Shown here: one piece after another, positions 1-12,658 of the stretch | Layout of the letters: the number at the start of each line of letters is the position of its first letter | Numbering within the stretch: position 1 is the first letter of the stretch | Source: Octopus sinensis | Taxonomy: Eukaryota | Assembly (NCBI RefSeq): GCF_006345805.1 | Contig: NC_043007.1 | Coordinates: forward strand, 28,830,001 to 28,894,000 | Direction: 5' to 3' | Length of the DNA: 64,000 bases | Translations under genes and position numbers: made by a program | The notes under the pieces: generated by a model | The model's input: the letters and a program-made list of their open reading frames with translations, nothing else | What the model was told of the DNA's origin: nothing | The model's database searches: none

Positions 1-1940
1 CAGCCCAGACTTGATGGCGTCTTTTGGTAAATCCAAGAATCTCTGTTGCAGTTTTCACCAATGATTTCTCTTGGTTGATTCAATGGACTCTTGTGAGGCT
101 GGCGATGGGTGTTCTGTAGAGATGTGGTCCTTGACTTCAGCACGACGACTAAGTTAACCATTGTTCTTCTTTCATTGATTAGGAGTTCTAATCCAAGGAT
201 TGTTCAGTTTCATGTTGAGTTTTCAGATGATCTGACATTAATCTGTCCGATAGGCAGTGGTTCTTCTCCTGGCTTGAGTGATACAACCATCTCCTTTATC
301 TGTGGCATGCCAATGTGTTGAGGGCTGACCAGCAGTTGTCATGTTGTGGGTGTAGCTCTCAATATTACCAAAGAACACACAATGTACCATTCTGCCACAA
401 GGGCCAGACTGTGTGATGGACATTTCAGATGAAATCATCAGATGTGGTCATCTGACCAAGTTGGTATTAAAGAAAAGTAATTTTAATGTTAACTTTTCCT
501 GCTCTTTGAAGTGAGTGGTGCTGGACCAAAATGGTGCAGTGGTGCTTGGCTCCACTTGGTCATGATGGTAGCACCTAAGTTCCAATACTGTCTGAATTCA
601 TTGAAATGACAACCATCTCTCCTTTCTTACCACCAATCTAGGAACAATCTCAAGTGCTCATTATATCTTTCCTCTATTAGACTCCTCTTCCTTCTCCTCC
701 TCTCACCTCTGGATCTAGGTTTGAGAAATTGAAGTTGATGGATGCCATCTGTGGGATTGGGGGGAATTGGCTGTGGCCTCCAAACACTAGAGCTTAATTG
801 ATTCTGACTCAGTTCCATGGCACAGAGATTGGGTTACTGAGCATTCAGTTTTTCAAATGTAATCTTGTTACCAGTCCACTTGGGTTGGCCATATTTGTAG
901 TAAACCTCCATATTTGAAGGCCATTCTACTATCTGCCACCCAAGGACATACCCTTTCCCCAGTCATTTCTGATTTCCATAGACACACCCATAGGAGGGTG
1001 AAATAAAATAGATATCTATATTTTAAAACTATGAAGTTATATTTCTATAGCACACACACACACACACACGTTGACCCAGCAAACCCTTAAAGGGTATTGA
1101 CAGAGTTGTTTCCCTTCAACAATCTCTGCTGATAACTGGTTTCTAACTCAACAGGAAATTGCAGCCAAAATTTCCCTTAAAACATATCCAAGGATGGATA
1201 TATTGAGTAACGTAATTAAGCCTACACAAGAAATAAAAACAGAGGCCAGATAGAAACAACTGGATGGTCCTTAGTCATAAGTTGAATCAAGGCTGATCTG
1301 GGACGAAACAACAAATGGTTTTATTATTGTAAAAGAAGTGAGGAGCTCCTCAATCAATCACTCTCGGTCCATCCCTGTTAAAGTTATTGCATTTCACATT
1401 TACAACTTGGTCAATACATCAATGTCCAGTCCTTGACGACACGCAAACTTGCAGTGGAATATTTTTGCGATGTGCAGATATCTTAGAGCATATCCCCCCC
1501 CCCCCACCAAAAAAAAAGATGACTGTTTGATAAAATGCTATACTGCACAGTCCCTGTGTTGTCTCCTCCCTCTGCCTCAACTACTGCTACTATGAAGGCT
1601 TCTGTTCACCACAACTAAATAGTTGTAGCCCAGCCCCCCCCCAACTCCCAACAAAACCCAAGCTTTTCTCCTCAGAATATCAACTTATTGAAATTCTCTA
1701 CTTTCTCTGTAGATGTTAACCTAAAGATGTCTTAAGGTCAATATCAAAAAGACCACCACCACCACCACCACCCCACCACTCAGTAACGGTCATGCAATCA
1801 CCGTCTCTCCCTCCACACACATTTTTTAACACTGAATGTTTTTAGTCCTGGTCCCATTGTGCCACTTGTCTTAATCTAGCATTAATTACTTTTGACTGAA
1901 TGTTGCTCTAAATAAATGACGATATTATATCCATTATTAT

Positions 1941-2100
1941 GGGTGCAGGCGTGGTAAGAAGCTTGCTTCCCAACCACATGGTTTTGGGTTCAGTCCCACT
2001 GCATGGCACCTTGGGCAAGTGTTTTCTACTATAGCCTTGGGCCAACCAAAGGCTTGTAAGCGGATCTGGTAGATGGAAATTGAAAAAAGGCCATCCTGTA
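1941..2100 (+). mobile_element. tRNA-derived SINE (family A); a second copy lies at about 4071-4220 on the minus strand
   Basis: A-box-like GTGGTAAGAAGC and B-box GGTTCAGTCCC; the two copies are reverse complements. Confidence 0.8.
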
Positions 2101-3578
2101 AATATATTTTATTATTTTTTTTATTTATGCCCCCTTTTCAAGCCTAGCCAGGCTCATGGGCCCGGTTTCTATGGCATAGGTGTTCCCCTCCAGCAGGCAA
2201 TTATGTGTTATAATAAATACATGCGCACACACACACACACATATAAATTAGTTCCTCCAACCTAGCTTGAATGTGTTGTTTTTAATGCCTTCCACTGCTG
2301 TAGATGTTCCAAAAAGCCATTTTATGCTAAATTGCATCAAGATTCTCTTATTGGTTGATGAAACTCCTTCAGTGCACAGGTGGATGGTGCTAATGGATGG
2401 TATTGCATGATTTCACCAGATCGTGGATCATCATCAGCAACTAGCTGAGCCAAATGCCAGACAGAAAATCAGTCAAAACTGATATAGAAGAAAACTGACC
2501 AAATAGCCAGTGGTCATGAAAAGCTGCAGGAGATTTTCAATCAAATCTCCTGTGAGGTCCCTTGACAACAATATAACCTTCATTTGACAAAGGTATCTTT
2601 GGCCTGAGGAGAGCTAGCGGAGTACCCCTCCTTTAGGTATTTACTATTTCCAAGGTTCTACTAGCTAGGAAACATATGCAGCCTGGATTTTACCTGCTGC
2701 TCCATCCCCTAAATTTGGATTTTTATTCACGTACACAGCAACCCCAGTTGCTAACTGAGAACAATAAAATACCTTTTTCCTGCATATTGAACTTCAGTAT
2801 GGGAAAAATCTACAACCTTCTCTGCCAAAAAAATCACTGTGGACTGCTTGAAGCTTACTCACTTCTCACACCTGGATCCTAGGATCTCACCTTTATATAT
2901 ATATTTGGGAAACGATTAGAGATTTATACAAATCAGATTTTTATATATAAAAGATGGCAGTGGAAATGCACAGAAGTAAGTCTAAGACATTTCAATTTAA
3001 GAGGGAATTTAATAAAAAATGATTTGAAAATTATATAAAGAAAATTTTACCGATTTCAATGTATCTCATCTTATCAAATATCAGTAAAAATTGATAAAAT
3101 ATTTGAAGTAAAAACACTTTATCTTCTGTCTGGGGTCAAGAACATGTCTGGAGATTTTTGGTTGAAGTCTTCTTTAAATATAGTTTGGTATAGAGTCCAA
3201 GGTGTTAGAAAATGAGAGAAGGGGTGTCTATTGTCTAAACGAAATCTTTGTATGCTCCTGCCAAGGGAATGGCTAAAAAGCATTTATTGAATGGGTTTCA
3301 TGTCCACCTGTGTGTGTGTGTATATATATATATATATACACACACATATGCATACACACAGATGGCCAAAAGTCACCTGACAGTATATCAAAACCATTTA
3401 ATTCCAAGATTAAAACAAAAGATTATTTTATATGGGGCTTCGCCAATAAATAGACAAATGTTGAAAAAAAAATGCTGATTTTTAACTCACAGCATTCAGT
3501 TATTGAGTATTTATGGAATTTTGCTTTACTGTTGAGTGACTATTGGCCAGCCCTCTGTGTGTGTGTGTGTGCGCGCAC

Positions 3579-3968
3579 GCGCAATGGCCCAGTGGTTTGG
3601 GCAGCAGACTCGTGGTCATAGGATTGCAGTTTTGATTCTCAGACCGGACATTGTGAATGTTTATTGAGCGCAGACAACTAAAGCTCAACGAGGCTCCAGC
3701 AGGGGGTAGTGTGGTGGGGGCTGGTGAACCCTGCTGTACTTTTTCCCCACAACTTTCTCTCACTCTCTCTTCTTGTTTCTGTCGTACCTGCATTTCAAAG
3801 GACCAGCCTTGTCACACTCTGTGTTGTGCTGAATCTCCCTGAGAACTACATTAAGGGTACATGTGTCTGTGGATTGCTCAGCCACTCGGATGCTAATTTC
3901 ATGAGCAGGCTGTTCCGTCGATTGGATCAACTGAAACCCTCGTCATCGTAACCAACGGAGTGCCACGA
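3579..3968 (+). mobile_element. tRNA-derived SINE (distinct family)
   Basis: tRNA-like head GCGCAATGGCCCAGTGGTT..GATTCTC; GC-richer body embedded in microsatellites. Confidence 0.6.
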
Positions 3969-4336
3969 TATATATACACACACATTTATACATGTGTGTA
4001 TGTATATACAAATATATATATATGTATATACACATACACATATATATTCATAAACACGCACACATACACATGGTGGGCTTCTTTCAGTTTCCATCTTCCA
4101 AATCCTCTCACTAGTCTATCGTTGGCTCAGGTCTAGAGTAGAAGACATTTGCCCAAGGTGCCATGCAGTGGAACTGAACCCAAGACCACATGTTTAGGAA
4201 GCAAGCTTCTTAACTACACATCTCTCTTCCTTTTTACTCCCTAGCTCTTTAAAATTCTGTCTTGCATCATTCAAGAAAGGAAGATTCTACTTTGTTGGGT
4301 AGGATTTTCTGGATGAGAATTTTAACACTCTCATTT

Positions 4337-4348
4337 AGAGAGAGAGAG

Positions 4349-4384
<36 letters not shown>

Positions 4385-4409
4385 AGAGAGCTAGGAGAGA
4401 GAGAGATAT

Positions 4410-4452
<43 letters not shown>

Positions 4453-4480
4453 AAGAGAGAGAGAGGAGAGAGAGAGAGAG

Positions 4481-4530
<50 letters not shown>

Positions 4531-4682
4531 GAGAGAGAGAGAGAAGAGTAGAGAGAGGGAGGAAGAGAGAGAGAGAGAGAAATAGAGAGGGAAGGGAGAG
4601 AAGAGAGAGAGAGAAAGAGAGAAGAGAGAGATAGAGAGAGAGAGAGAAGAGAGGAATAGAGAGAGAGAGAGAGAGAGAGAGA
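4337..4682. repeat. Imperfect (GA)n homopurine tract
   Basis: About 345 bp of near-pure AG. Other long microsatellites: (AAG/AAC)n 12061-12170, (TAA/TTA)n 25705-25810, (TA)n 29382-29460 and 31158-31239, (GAT/GGT)n 42400-42650, (TAA)n 62586-62654. Confidence 0.97.
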
Positions 4683-5074
4683 ATATATTTTATGGGTCTG
4701 TGGTGACATCAAAGTTACCTTAATTTTAAACAGGTTTCATCAACGTTTATCACAAAAGACAAACAAATACAAGATAAACTATCAGGAAGTTGTTGGAATT
4801 CAGCAGGAACAGGATAACAGGAAGCCCTCTTTCCTTGCCCTTCCCCTCTTGCCCAGTCTTGACACAGAAATAATTATTTTAACAGAAATATAATCACAGA
4901 CATATTGCAATGTTAGGATGTCTGAGTTTCTCAATTTCTCTGCACCTAGCACACACACACACACACGCACACACACACAAACATGCATTCACACACATAT
5001 ATATATACACACATATACATGTATACATACACATAAACATGCACACACACAACACACGTATGCACATACACACG

Positions 5075-6200
5075 TACTCATTCCTGCTGAATTTTACAAT
5101 CACGGTGGAATTCTGCTCCATCTCAAATTGCAAACGTTTTGCAACTATATTGCCAAGAATAATCAGTTCCACAAGAGGAATGGAGATTGTATGATCCGTG
5201 ATGATCACTGTGATATCTCTTTGATTGTAATTGTTGAGAAAATTATTGCCAAGCCATTCCTGAAGAGACTTCCAGACATATTTCTCAACCCAGAAAGTTA
5301 GTGTGGCTTTTATGTCAAAATCAGAACAACTGATTGGTTTTTGAGACTCATCTTTGGGAAAAGGCCAGAGAACAAGCTGAAGATGTCTTCTTGGTTTTCA
5401 TTGATTTACTAAGGCATTCGACAATGTCATGAAGACCTGTAAAAAGTTCTAAAATCTGTTGTCCTCTTGGTTTTGTCAACATTGTCACATCCTTTATGAT
5501 GGAATGTAAAAGAGGTGTTGTCGGAAATGGAATGGTGATTGAACCTTTGACTGTGACAGACTGTGTCAAACAAGGTTATGTCCTTATTCCAATGTTATTA
5601 TTCATCTGCTTCTCATCTCATCTACACTTGATACAACTTTAAAAAAAGAAACAATAAAATACTAAAAAAAAAAGAGAAAAAAACACCAGTTGGTTATAAG
5701 TTGTAATTTTGGACTGGTGGCAATATATTAAACCTTTGATAACTGTACTGAAACAAAATAGAAATGGTTGTGTGAGCTGCTCTTTGTAGATGTCAGGTGT
5801 CTAAAAGTGAAGCTAGGCCACAGGTTTATCTAGCAAAAGCCAAAGCAGAAAGAAAGAGTTTGCCAATGTCTTACAATGTGAGGATAAGGGATGAGAGATG
5901 CTCTGGATTGATAGATAGTGTATCAGAGAGGATGATGATGTGGGAGAGAAGTTTGTATGGATGGATAATGGTAAGCTGGCACTTAGTGATTCTGAAAAGA
6001 AACAGGCATGGAAGTGTTGCCATTAGATTCAATGAACCACAGACTGTTTCTCAGCTGCTTCAAAACACTTTGGTCTCACAATCAGCATGAGAATGTCTGG
6101 CACCCTGCTCTAACCCAGAACTAGATTCTTGCTGAGTAATTCAGAAATCACTGCTTACAGAAATGTGCTAAAGGTGGTAGAGGATTTTACCTTGTTGGGC
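5075..6200 (+). mobile_element. Decayed RTE RT fragments (two families, nested)
   Basis: PAEFY..DISL..PES..DFTKAFD-like and VKQG motifs at 5075-5610; FGLTIS..LKVVEDFTLLGS at 6020-6200; an intervening piece of the main RTE family at 5780-6015. Confidence 0.7.
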
Positions 6201-6342
6201 AGTGTAGGCTGACTTAATAGATCAGTAATAGACAAACGAGTTTAATATAAATCAGTAATTGAGCCACATTCATAAGACACAGAATGATTATATGTCATGG
6301 ATTAACATTAATAAAACACATGTTTAATAATAGAAAACTTAC

Positions 6343-6416
6343 TGTTTAGAAGTTTACTGTCTCCTCTGGGAAGTTCTTTCACAATAGTACCATCATCTTT
6401 ATCAAGGGCCAGCCAG
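6343..6416 (-). CDS. LOXHD1: LOXHD1-like PLAT-repeat gene, exon F (end of intact PLAT module)
   Basis: Acceptor ctctacag, donor gtaagt; 74 nt, phase 2 to phase 1. Encodes (S)WLALDKDDGTIVKELPRGDSKLLN, the PLAT C-terminal WL-x-x-D-x-DDG-x-IV-x-EL motif. Joins exon E in frame as CNSWL. Confidence 0.88.
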
Positions 6417-6862
6417 CTGTAGAGAATATAGAAGCAAATCAGAAGAAAGACCCCTTTTCCCATAAAATTGATTTCTTATAAAATCCTCGTTGTTAGATTG
6501 TATTTGTATCATGTCTATGAACCCATAGGAATGTTTTACTGCTTAAAAGGAATATTTATTATTTATTGCATTTTGGACCAGTTCCATATTCTGTTCAAAA
6601 CTAATTCATATATTGTGTGGTGTGTTATATAATTTCTCTCAAACATTTATTGTCAAGTCTCTAATACCTGCCCGTTTATTTTTGATATTATTATATGTGT
6701 AAACATTTTGTCTAAAGAAGGATATCACTACAATTGCACTTGAAATCTGCATCAAGTGATGTCTTATTTTTGATATCATTACATGTATAGGCACTTTCTT
6801 TAAGAAAGTATATAAAGTAATGGTTGTACCAAAAATAAATGTGACTCGGCTGTATTCAAATA

Positions 6863-7064
6863 CAGTAACCCCTTGACTATTGTGGGTCTTACATTCCCAA
6901 AACCCCTGTGATAGGTGAAAATCTGCAAAGTACAAACAGTGCTGCTTTTTTTAAAATTATTTTTATAATTTGTATCGATTTATTTTATTATAAATGCAAA
7001 ATAATACCACGGAGGAATCAACATAATCTTAAATGATAAACTGCAAAATGGCGAGGGATGACTG
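6863..7064. mobile_element. pogo/Tigger-like MITE
   Basis: TA on both sides; imperfect TIRs CAGTAACCCCTTGAC.. and ..GGCGAGGGATGACTG; about 200 bp, non-coding. Confidence 0.6.
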
Positions 7065-7699
7065 TACTGAACTTTTAATTGTCAAACTTTTGTGTCTTAG
7101 ACTTTATGCCCTTACAAAGAGGTTTAACATTCTCTGGTCTGATAATATTTCCGTTCGTTGTCAAGATTTTACAACACTCTGTTGTTTCCATTTTGTTATT
7201 ACAATGGCCTCTAATCTTTCAAGATGGTCGACATCAAACCATCTTCACTCAAATCCACTCATATTCTCTCAATTCCTTTCTACTCATCCCCTACATTGTA
7301 TCCACCACATCAAGGTTTCACATTACTCTCCTTCCTTTCTAGAATATCTTCCCTCTGGAATAATTCTTTGCCTGTTCTTGTTTGCCTGTAGTTGTTCAAG
7401 AAGATCAATAGCATGGACCCCATGATAGGGGGCTTATCATGACTATTATTACAGTAATACTTTTGTTTGGAACAAACTATTCAAAAATCTGCTTAAATTT
7501 ACTATGCAAGGGCTAACAAAACAAAGCTGTAGGCAACCCCATTGTTTTTATAAACTTTTTAACCTTAATGCAATTCCTCATGCAACACGGTCCTTTGTTA
7601 AAAACTATCTCCTCTCAATTGAAGAATCCAAAATACTCCTATTGTGGAGTTAAGGAGTTTATATCTGATACTCCTTAATGTTAGAGAATGATTTTCCCT

Positions 7700-8120
7700 A
7701 AAATCAAAATCAAACTCGATGACTGGCGTCCGTGCAAGTGGGGTGCAAAGAGCACCATACCAGTGTTATCGTTGACAGAGCGGCTAACTGGCTTCCATGC
7801 CAGTGGCACATAAAAGGGCACCATCCAAGTGTGATTGTTACCAGTGTCGCCTTACCGGCACTTGTACTCATGCTAGTAGGGTGCCAAGAGCACCATCCGA
7901 GCATGATTGTTGCCAGAGCAGCCAACTGGCTTCTGTACTGGTGGCACGTAAAAAGCACCCACTACACTCTCAGAGTGGTTGGCGTTAGGAAGGGCATCCA
8001 GCTGTAGAAACTCTGCCAGATCAAGATTGGAGCCTGATGCAACCATCTGGTTCGCCAGGCCTCAGTCAAAATCATTCAACCCATGCTAGAATGGAAAGCG
8101 GACGTTAAACGATGATGAAA
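7700..8120 (+). mobile_element. RTE 3'-UTR-type short elements (representative copy)
   Basis: Shared GTGGTTGGCGTTAGGAAGGGCATCCAGCTGTAGAAAC..CATGGAAAGCGGACGTTAAA(GAT)n. Further copies at about 10.6, 17.8, 30.3 and 41.7 kb (+) and 60.4 kb (-). Confidence 0.85.
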
Positions 8121-8414
8121 ACAAAAAGAAAAACAGCCACGTCATTTTAGCTAGAATGGAAATTTTGTAAAAACTATAACTGCTATTGACAACACTAATA
8201 ATGGCTTCTAGTTTAGATGCAAGGCCAGCAATTTTGAGGGAAGGGGATCTCTCAATACTGTCAACCCCAGTACGTGACTGGTACCTGTATTTTTTTTACC
8301 TGAAAAGGATGAAAGGCAAAGTTGACCTCAGCAGGAATTAAACTCAGAAAAGAACTGGAAGGAAATATTTAAAGACATTTTCTTCCAACTCTCATGATTC
8401 TGCCAGCCTGTTGC

Positions 8415-8453
<39 letters not shown>

Positions 8454-8471
8454 GGTGGTGATGGTGGCGGT

Positions 8472-9672
8472 GGCGGACCTCAAACTTTATGGTAAAGATG
8501 AAGCCCAAGTCAGTTCCCTTGTTGATATGGTGTATACTTTCAGTGCTGATATCAGAATGGAGTTCAGACTGAGAAAGTGTGGTGTGTTAGAATTGAAGAG
8601 AGGCAAAATCAAATGTATGGACGGACTAACGATACCGTCGGGGATGGTTATGAAGCAGACAGAAGAGACGGGCTTAGAATTACTTGGGGATACTGGAAAT
8701 AGATAAATTAATGGAGAAAGAAATGACAGAAAAATTTAAGGTGGAGTACTTACGCAGACTGAGACTGATCCTTAAGTCAAAATTAAACAGAAAGAATAAG
8801 ATCAAAGCTATCAACACCTGGGTGGTTTCACTCCTTAGATATGGAGCAGGGGTAATCGCTTGGACAGTAGACAAACTAAACAGCTTAGACAGACAGACAA
8901 GGAAGTTGCTGACTAGATATGGGTCACTCCACCCAAAAAGTGACACAGGCAGACTGTATGTACCAAGAAAAAGAAGGGGAAGAGGACTTATTGGATGCGA
9001 ACACAGCATTAGAGCAGAAGAAAACAACATAGCATGGTATGTAAAAAAATGCCACAGAACCACTATTATTAGAAGTAGGAAGGTCAGACCTGTGTCGGAT
9101 GAAAGATTGCAAAGATAAAGCACTGTACAAGCAATTGAAAGCGAATGAAACTGAAAATAGGTGGTTAAAGAAAAGAATGTATGGTCAATTTCATAAGGAT
9201 GTTGAAGATAAGACAGGCAGAGAAAAAAAGATGGCTGTGGATGACTAAAAGTGCTGCCCAAGAGCAAGCACTAAGAACAAACTACATAAAATACAGAATT
9301 GACAACACATCAGAAAGTGATAAGTGTAGAATCTGTGGACAAAATGGTAAAACCGTATGGTATATTACCAGCCAAAGTACGCCACTAGTATGTCAGGTTA
9401 GCTTGGGAAGTTAAGCAGTTGTGGCCGATGAAAAAGGTAGCAGTAGTACCAATGATTGTCGGAGCCCTGGGAGCAGTGAGCAAAAATCTCGAGAAGTATG
9501 TGGAACAAATAGGGGCTTCAATAAGGGTGGAGCACTAGCAGAAAACAGCACTGCTTGGAACTGCTCAAATACTCCGGAAGGTGCTCGAAAAATAAGAGGT
9601 GTTACCTTACTTCACTGGTAGTGAACAGCTGACACCGTAGTATATCTCCAGCATTAGAAGCTGTGCAAAGGC
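8472..9672 (+). mobile_element. R4/Dong-like RLE non-LTR retrotransposon, 5'-truncated and internally deleted
   Basis: DLKLYGK..LGILE..KIKAINTW..RLYVPRKRRGRGL; zinc knuckle CRICG; C-terminal VGALG..KTALLGTAQILRKVLE; ends in (AAT)n at 9673-99. Confidence 0.9.
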
Positions 9673-10066
9673 AATAATAATAATAATAATAATAATAATG
9701 TAGTTAAATTATGCTTTCAATTTTGTCCTGTAGTTAAGCTTGTTTAGTTGTTGAGGTAAAGTGAAAAATAATAGATAACAACTCTCAAGGTAGATGAGGG
9801 GATGAGTGAATAACAAAGACCATAGCTTTCAGAGATTTTCTCTTTAAAAACTGCTCATTAAACACTACCTAGGTGGACTTTAATATCATCTGAAAGATCA
9901 AATAAAATACAATTTCAAGAAGAATTACTGAGTTCATGGGTTTCTATAAATGTCCAAACATCTAACACTTTTTGAAATAATTAAGAAGTTTCCACAGGCA
10001 TTGTGAGATAAAAACAAAAATAAATACAAACCATGAACATAAAAAGACAATATTTATCGGACATAC

Positions 10067-10224
10067 CTATTGCAGTGGAACAAATAAAGTTTACTGGGAT
10101 CGTTCTTCACTCTAATTTCAACTTTCTCCAAGAACCATCCACTTCCGGGATTACTGGCATCATGTCCAATATGTATTTTCGTTAATTCTTTCAAGTCAAC
10201 AGCTTCAATTAAGAATTCATCCAC
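10067..10224 (-). CDS. LOXHD1: LOXHD1-like PLAT-repeat gene, exon E
   Basis: Acceptor atttcag, donor gtatgt; 158 nt, phase 0 to phase 2. Encodes VDEFLIEAVDLKELTKIHIGHDASNPGSGWFLEKVEIRVKNDPSKLYLFHCN, with canonical PLAT IGHD and GWFLEKV motifs. Confidence 0.92.
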
Positions 10225-10776
10225 CTGAAATTACCTTCATAAATTATTGTTTCTGAACAAATTTTCTTTATTTGCAATATTTATTTATTTTGTGTGTGTG
10301 TGTGTGTGTGTTGACAACTGGAAACAAAGGTACGGAATATGATAGTAGAGATTGCTAATATTTTTATTTTAGTCAAGTCAGTGTGCTGCCACCCTGGAAA
10401 CTGACTTGATTTATATATATATGTGTGTGTATGTATATGTATATTCTACTGTACTGTTCCCTGATGTTAAGATCAACAGGAAAAGTATTGCATCTGGTGA
10501 GAGATAAATATTATACATCATCATCATCATCATTTGACGTCCATTGTTGGCACGGGTCCGACATATATATATATATATATATATATATGCCACTTAAAAA
10601 GCACCCATGTAATAAATGCACCTGTGCAGGTAGCATATAAAAATCACTCAGCACATTCTGTTAAGTGGTTGGCATTAGGAAGGGCATCCAACTGGAGTCT
10701 GGACAGCTCTCTGCTAGCCAGCTCCATGTGAAACCCTCCAACTCATGCCAGCATGGAAAGCGAATGTTAAGCTACG

Positions 10777-10808
<32 letters not shown>

Positions 10809-11082
10809 ATATATACACAAACACACTTGTAAAAAGCATCCAGTCATAGAAACCATGCCAAGGTAGACAACTGGAGCTTAGCACTGCTCTCTGGCTTTCC
10901 ACTTCCTGTCAAGCCATCCCAACTCATGCCAGCATAGAAAATGAATGTTAAATGATGATCATCTCTGTCTGTCTGTCTGTCTCTCTCACACATACATTTC
11001 TTAATTACAGACAAAAGGAAGATTATTTAACACATGAAGTAGAGTTAATAATTATAATGAAATAACCAACAATTCCGTTCCG

Positions 11083-11122
11083 TGCTACTCAGAGCTTTTC
11101 ACCATTTATGCTCTTTCAGGCA
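11083..11122 (-). ncRNA. Decayed minimal hammerhead motif in a PLE 3' region
   Basis: Minus strand reads TGC-CTGAAAGA-GCATAAATGGT-GAAA-AG-CTCTGAG-TA-GCA. Stem I (TGC/GCA) and stem III (CTC/GAG) are present, but there are two insertions in or next to the core. It lies about 230 nt 3' of a PLE ORF end. Confidence 0.35.
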
Positions 11123-11900
11123 ATATCAAAACTGAATTTACATGGCCTGAGAACCATAGTGTGGTACAAAGCAGTGTTCTACCCTACTGTTTGTCACCAG
11201 TATAACAGGTAACTTTTATGAGGTGTTACATTTTTAGCACTTTACAGCTTCTATAAAAAGTGTGTGTGTGTGTGGGGGGGGGTACTGTCAGTGACTCCCT
11301 TGTTGAAAACTTGGAGGATTTTCAAAAATTTAGGGTGGTGAGCAAAGTTTTTTAGGAGCAATAACCTTCAGTAGCAGCAGAGGAACACAATCTTTGAGCT
11401 CCTGTTCATGGATTGTAGTAGACGTTTCAGGGTGTGGAATTTTTCATTAAGCATAATTTGCAGGTCCTAGTTTCCTTAGTGTGTAGGTGTATTTTATCTA
11501 CAATGCTCCAAGTTACAGAAAATTTTCAATTATGTTATCCCTTAATATCAAAATGTATTGGGACAAATGATTCTGAACACTTTCTATCTCTCAATCTGAA
11601 TGAATCTATTGAAGGTTGTATCTGATCTTGAAGGTATTTGTGGGAGTCCTTTATATTTCCTCCTGCAGGTGTTATACTGGTTCTAAATGGCATTGATTTA
11701 GAGAAGCAAGACATCTAAAGTGGGCATTTTAGAAGGTTTCTATAGTTACAAGCTGCATATTAAAATAGGAGTTGGTTGGATGTATGTCATAGATTGTTGT
11801 GTAAGATCAGAGTAGTGATGCTGACCAGCCTAGAAATTATTGTGATATCTATGTTTGATATCTTACTTGAGGCTGGTATTTGCCAGCTATGTTGGTGCTA
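11083..11900 (-). mobile_element. Penelope-like element 3' fragment of a different subgroup (Cys-rich C-terminus)
   Basis: Decayed minus-strand frames read TFKIRYN..SFRLRDR..LSQYILILRD..TWSIVDK..TCKLCLMK..MNRSSKIVFLCCY*RLLLLKNF, the PLE endonuclease tail with CxLC and late Cys motifs. Confidence 0.65.
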
Positions 11901-12216
11901 CTAACATGTTGTACAGTGAGTTTACCCAAAGTTATTTTTCTCATCCTTTTTCTGCTGTTGTGTGGGAAGTATTCCTTGTATACAAGTATCATGTTGAAGA
12001 CACCTTATGTTATAAAAGGAAATGGAGTGTACTAAAATTCCCCAACAGCAGCAGTGATAGAAAGAAGAAGAAGAAGAAGAGAAGAAGAAGAAGAAGAAGA
12101 AGAAGAAGAAGAAGAAGAAGAAGAACAACAACAACAACAACAACCACCACCATCACGATCAACAACAACAACGAATATCTGAAACATCACAAACATTATA
12201 CACAAAGCAGATATAC

Positions 12217-12371
12217 CTGTCCTCTTTCAAATTTAGTCTGGTTGCTCCTAGATTCTTCCAAGTATCGTTGTCCAGTGTCTCCAAGTTTTCCAAAGATGTT
12301 CACAAATACATTGGCATCGGTTCCTGCTTCAGCTACATCACCTGTATACACCACTACGATGTAGTGAACAA
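12217..12371 (-). CDS. LOXHD1: LOXHD1-like PLAT-repeat gene, exon D
   Basis: Acceptor tatttcag, donor gtatat; 155 nt, phase 1 to phase 0. Encodes (V)VHYIVVVYTGDVAEAGTDANVFVNIFGKLGDTGQRYLEESRSNQTKFERGQ, a canonical PLAT N-terminal half. Absent from the ORF track. Confidence 0.92.
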
Positions 12372-12616
12372 CTGAAATATAGAGATGATGCTATGATGAT
12401 GTTTTGAGAATGAGAAAGAGGTAGGGAGAAAGGTAGTATTATCAATTCAGTCTGCCTTAGTATATGACTGGTACCTTCTGTTGTAGAGTATGGATGCTTT
12501 TGTTCAGCTTCCTTGTGTTTTACATAATATAATATATACAGTTTAACATGTCACGCTAAGTTGGAGATAATTGTCCATGACGGAAACTAACAGATGCCCA
12601 TAGTGTGCATGGATAT

Positions 12617-12656
<40 letters not shown>

Positions 12657-12658
<2 letters not shown>

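Noticed and set aside
7033-7425. 130-aa plus-strand ORF
   Set aside because: It begins inside a MITE end, has no recognisable domain, and is antisense within an intron.
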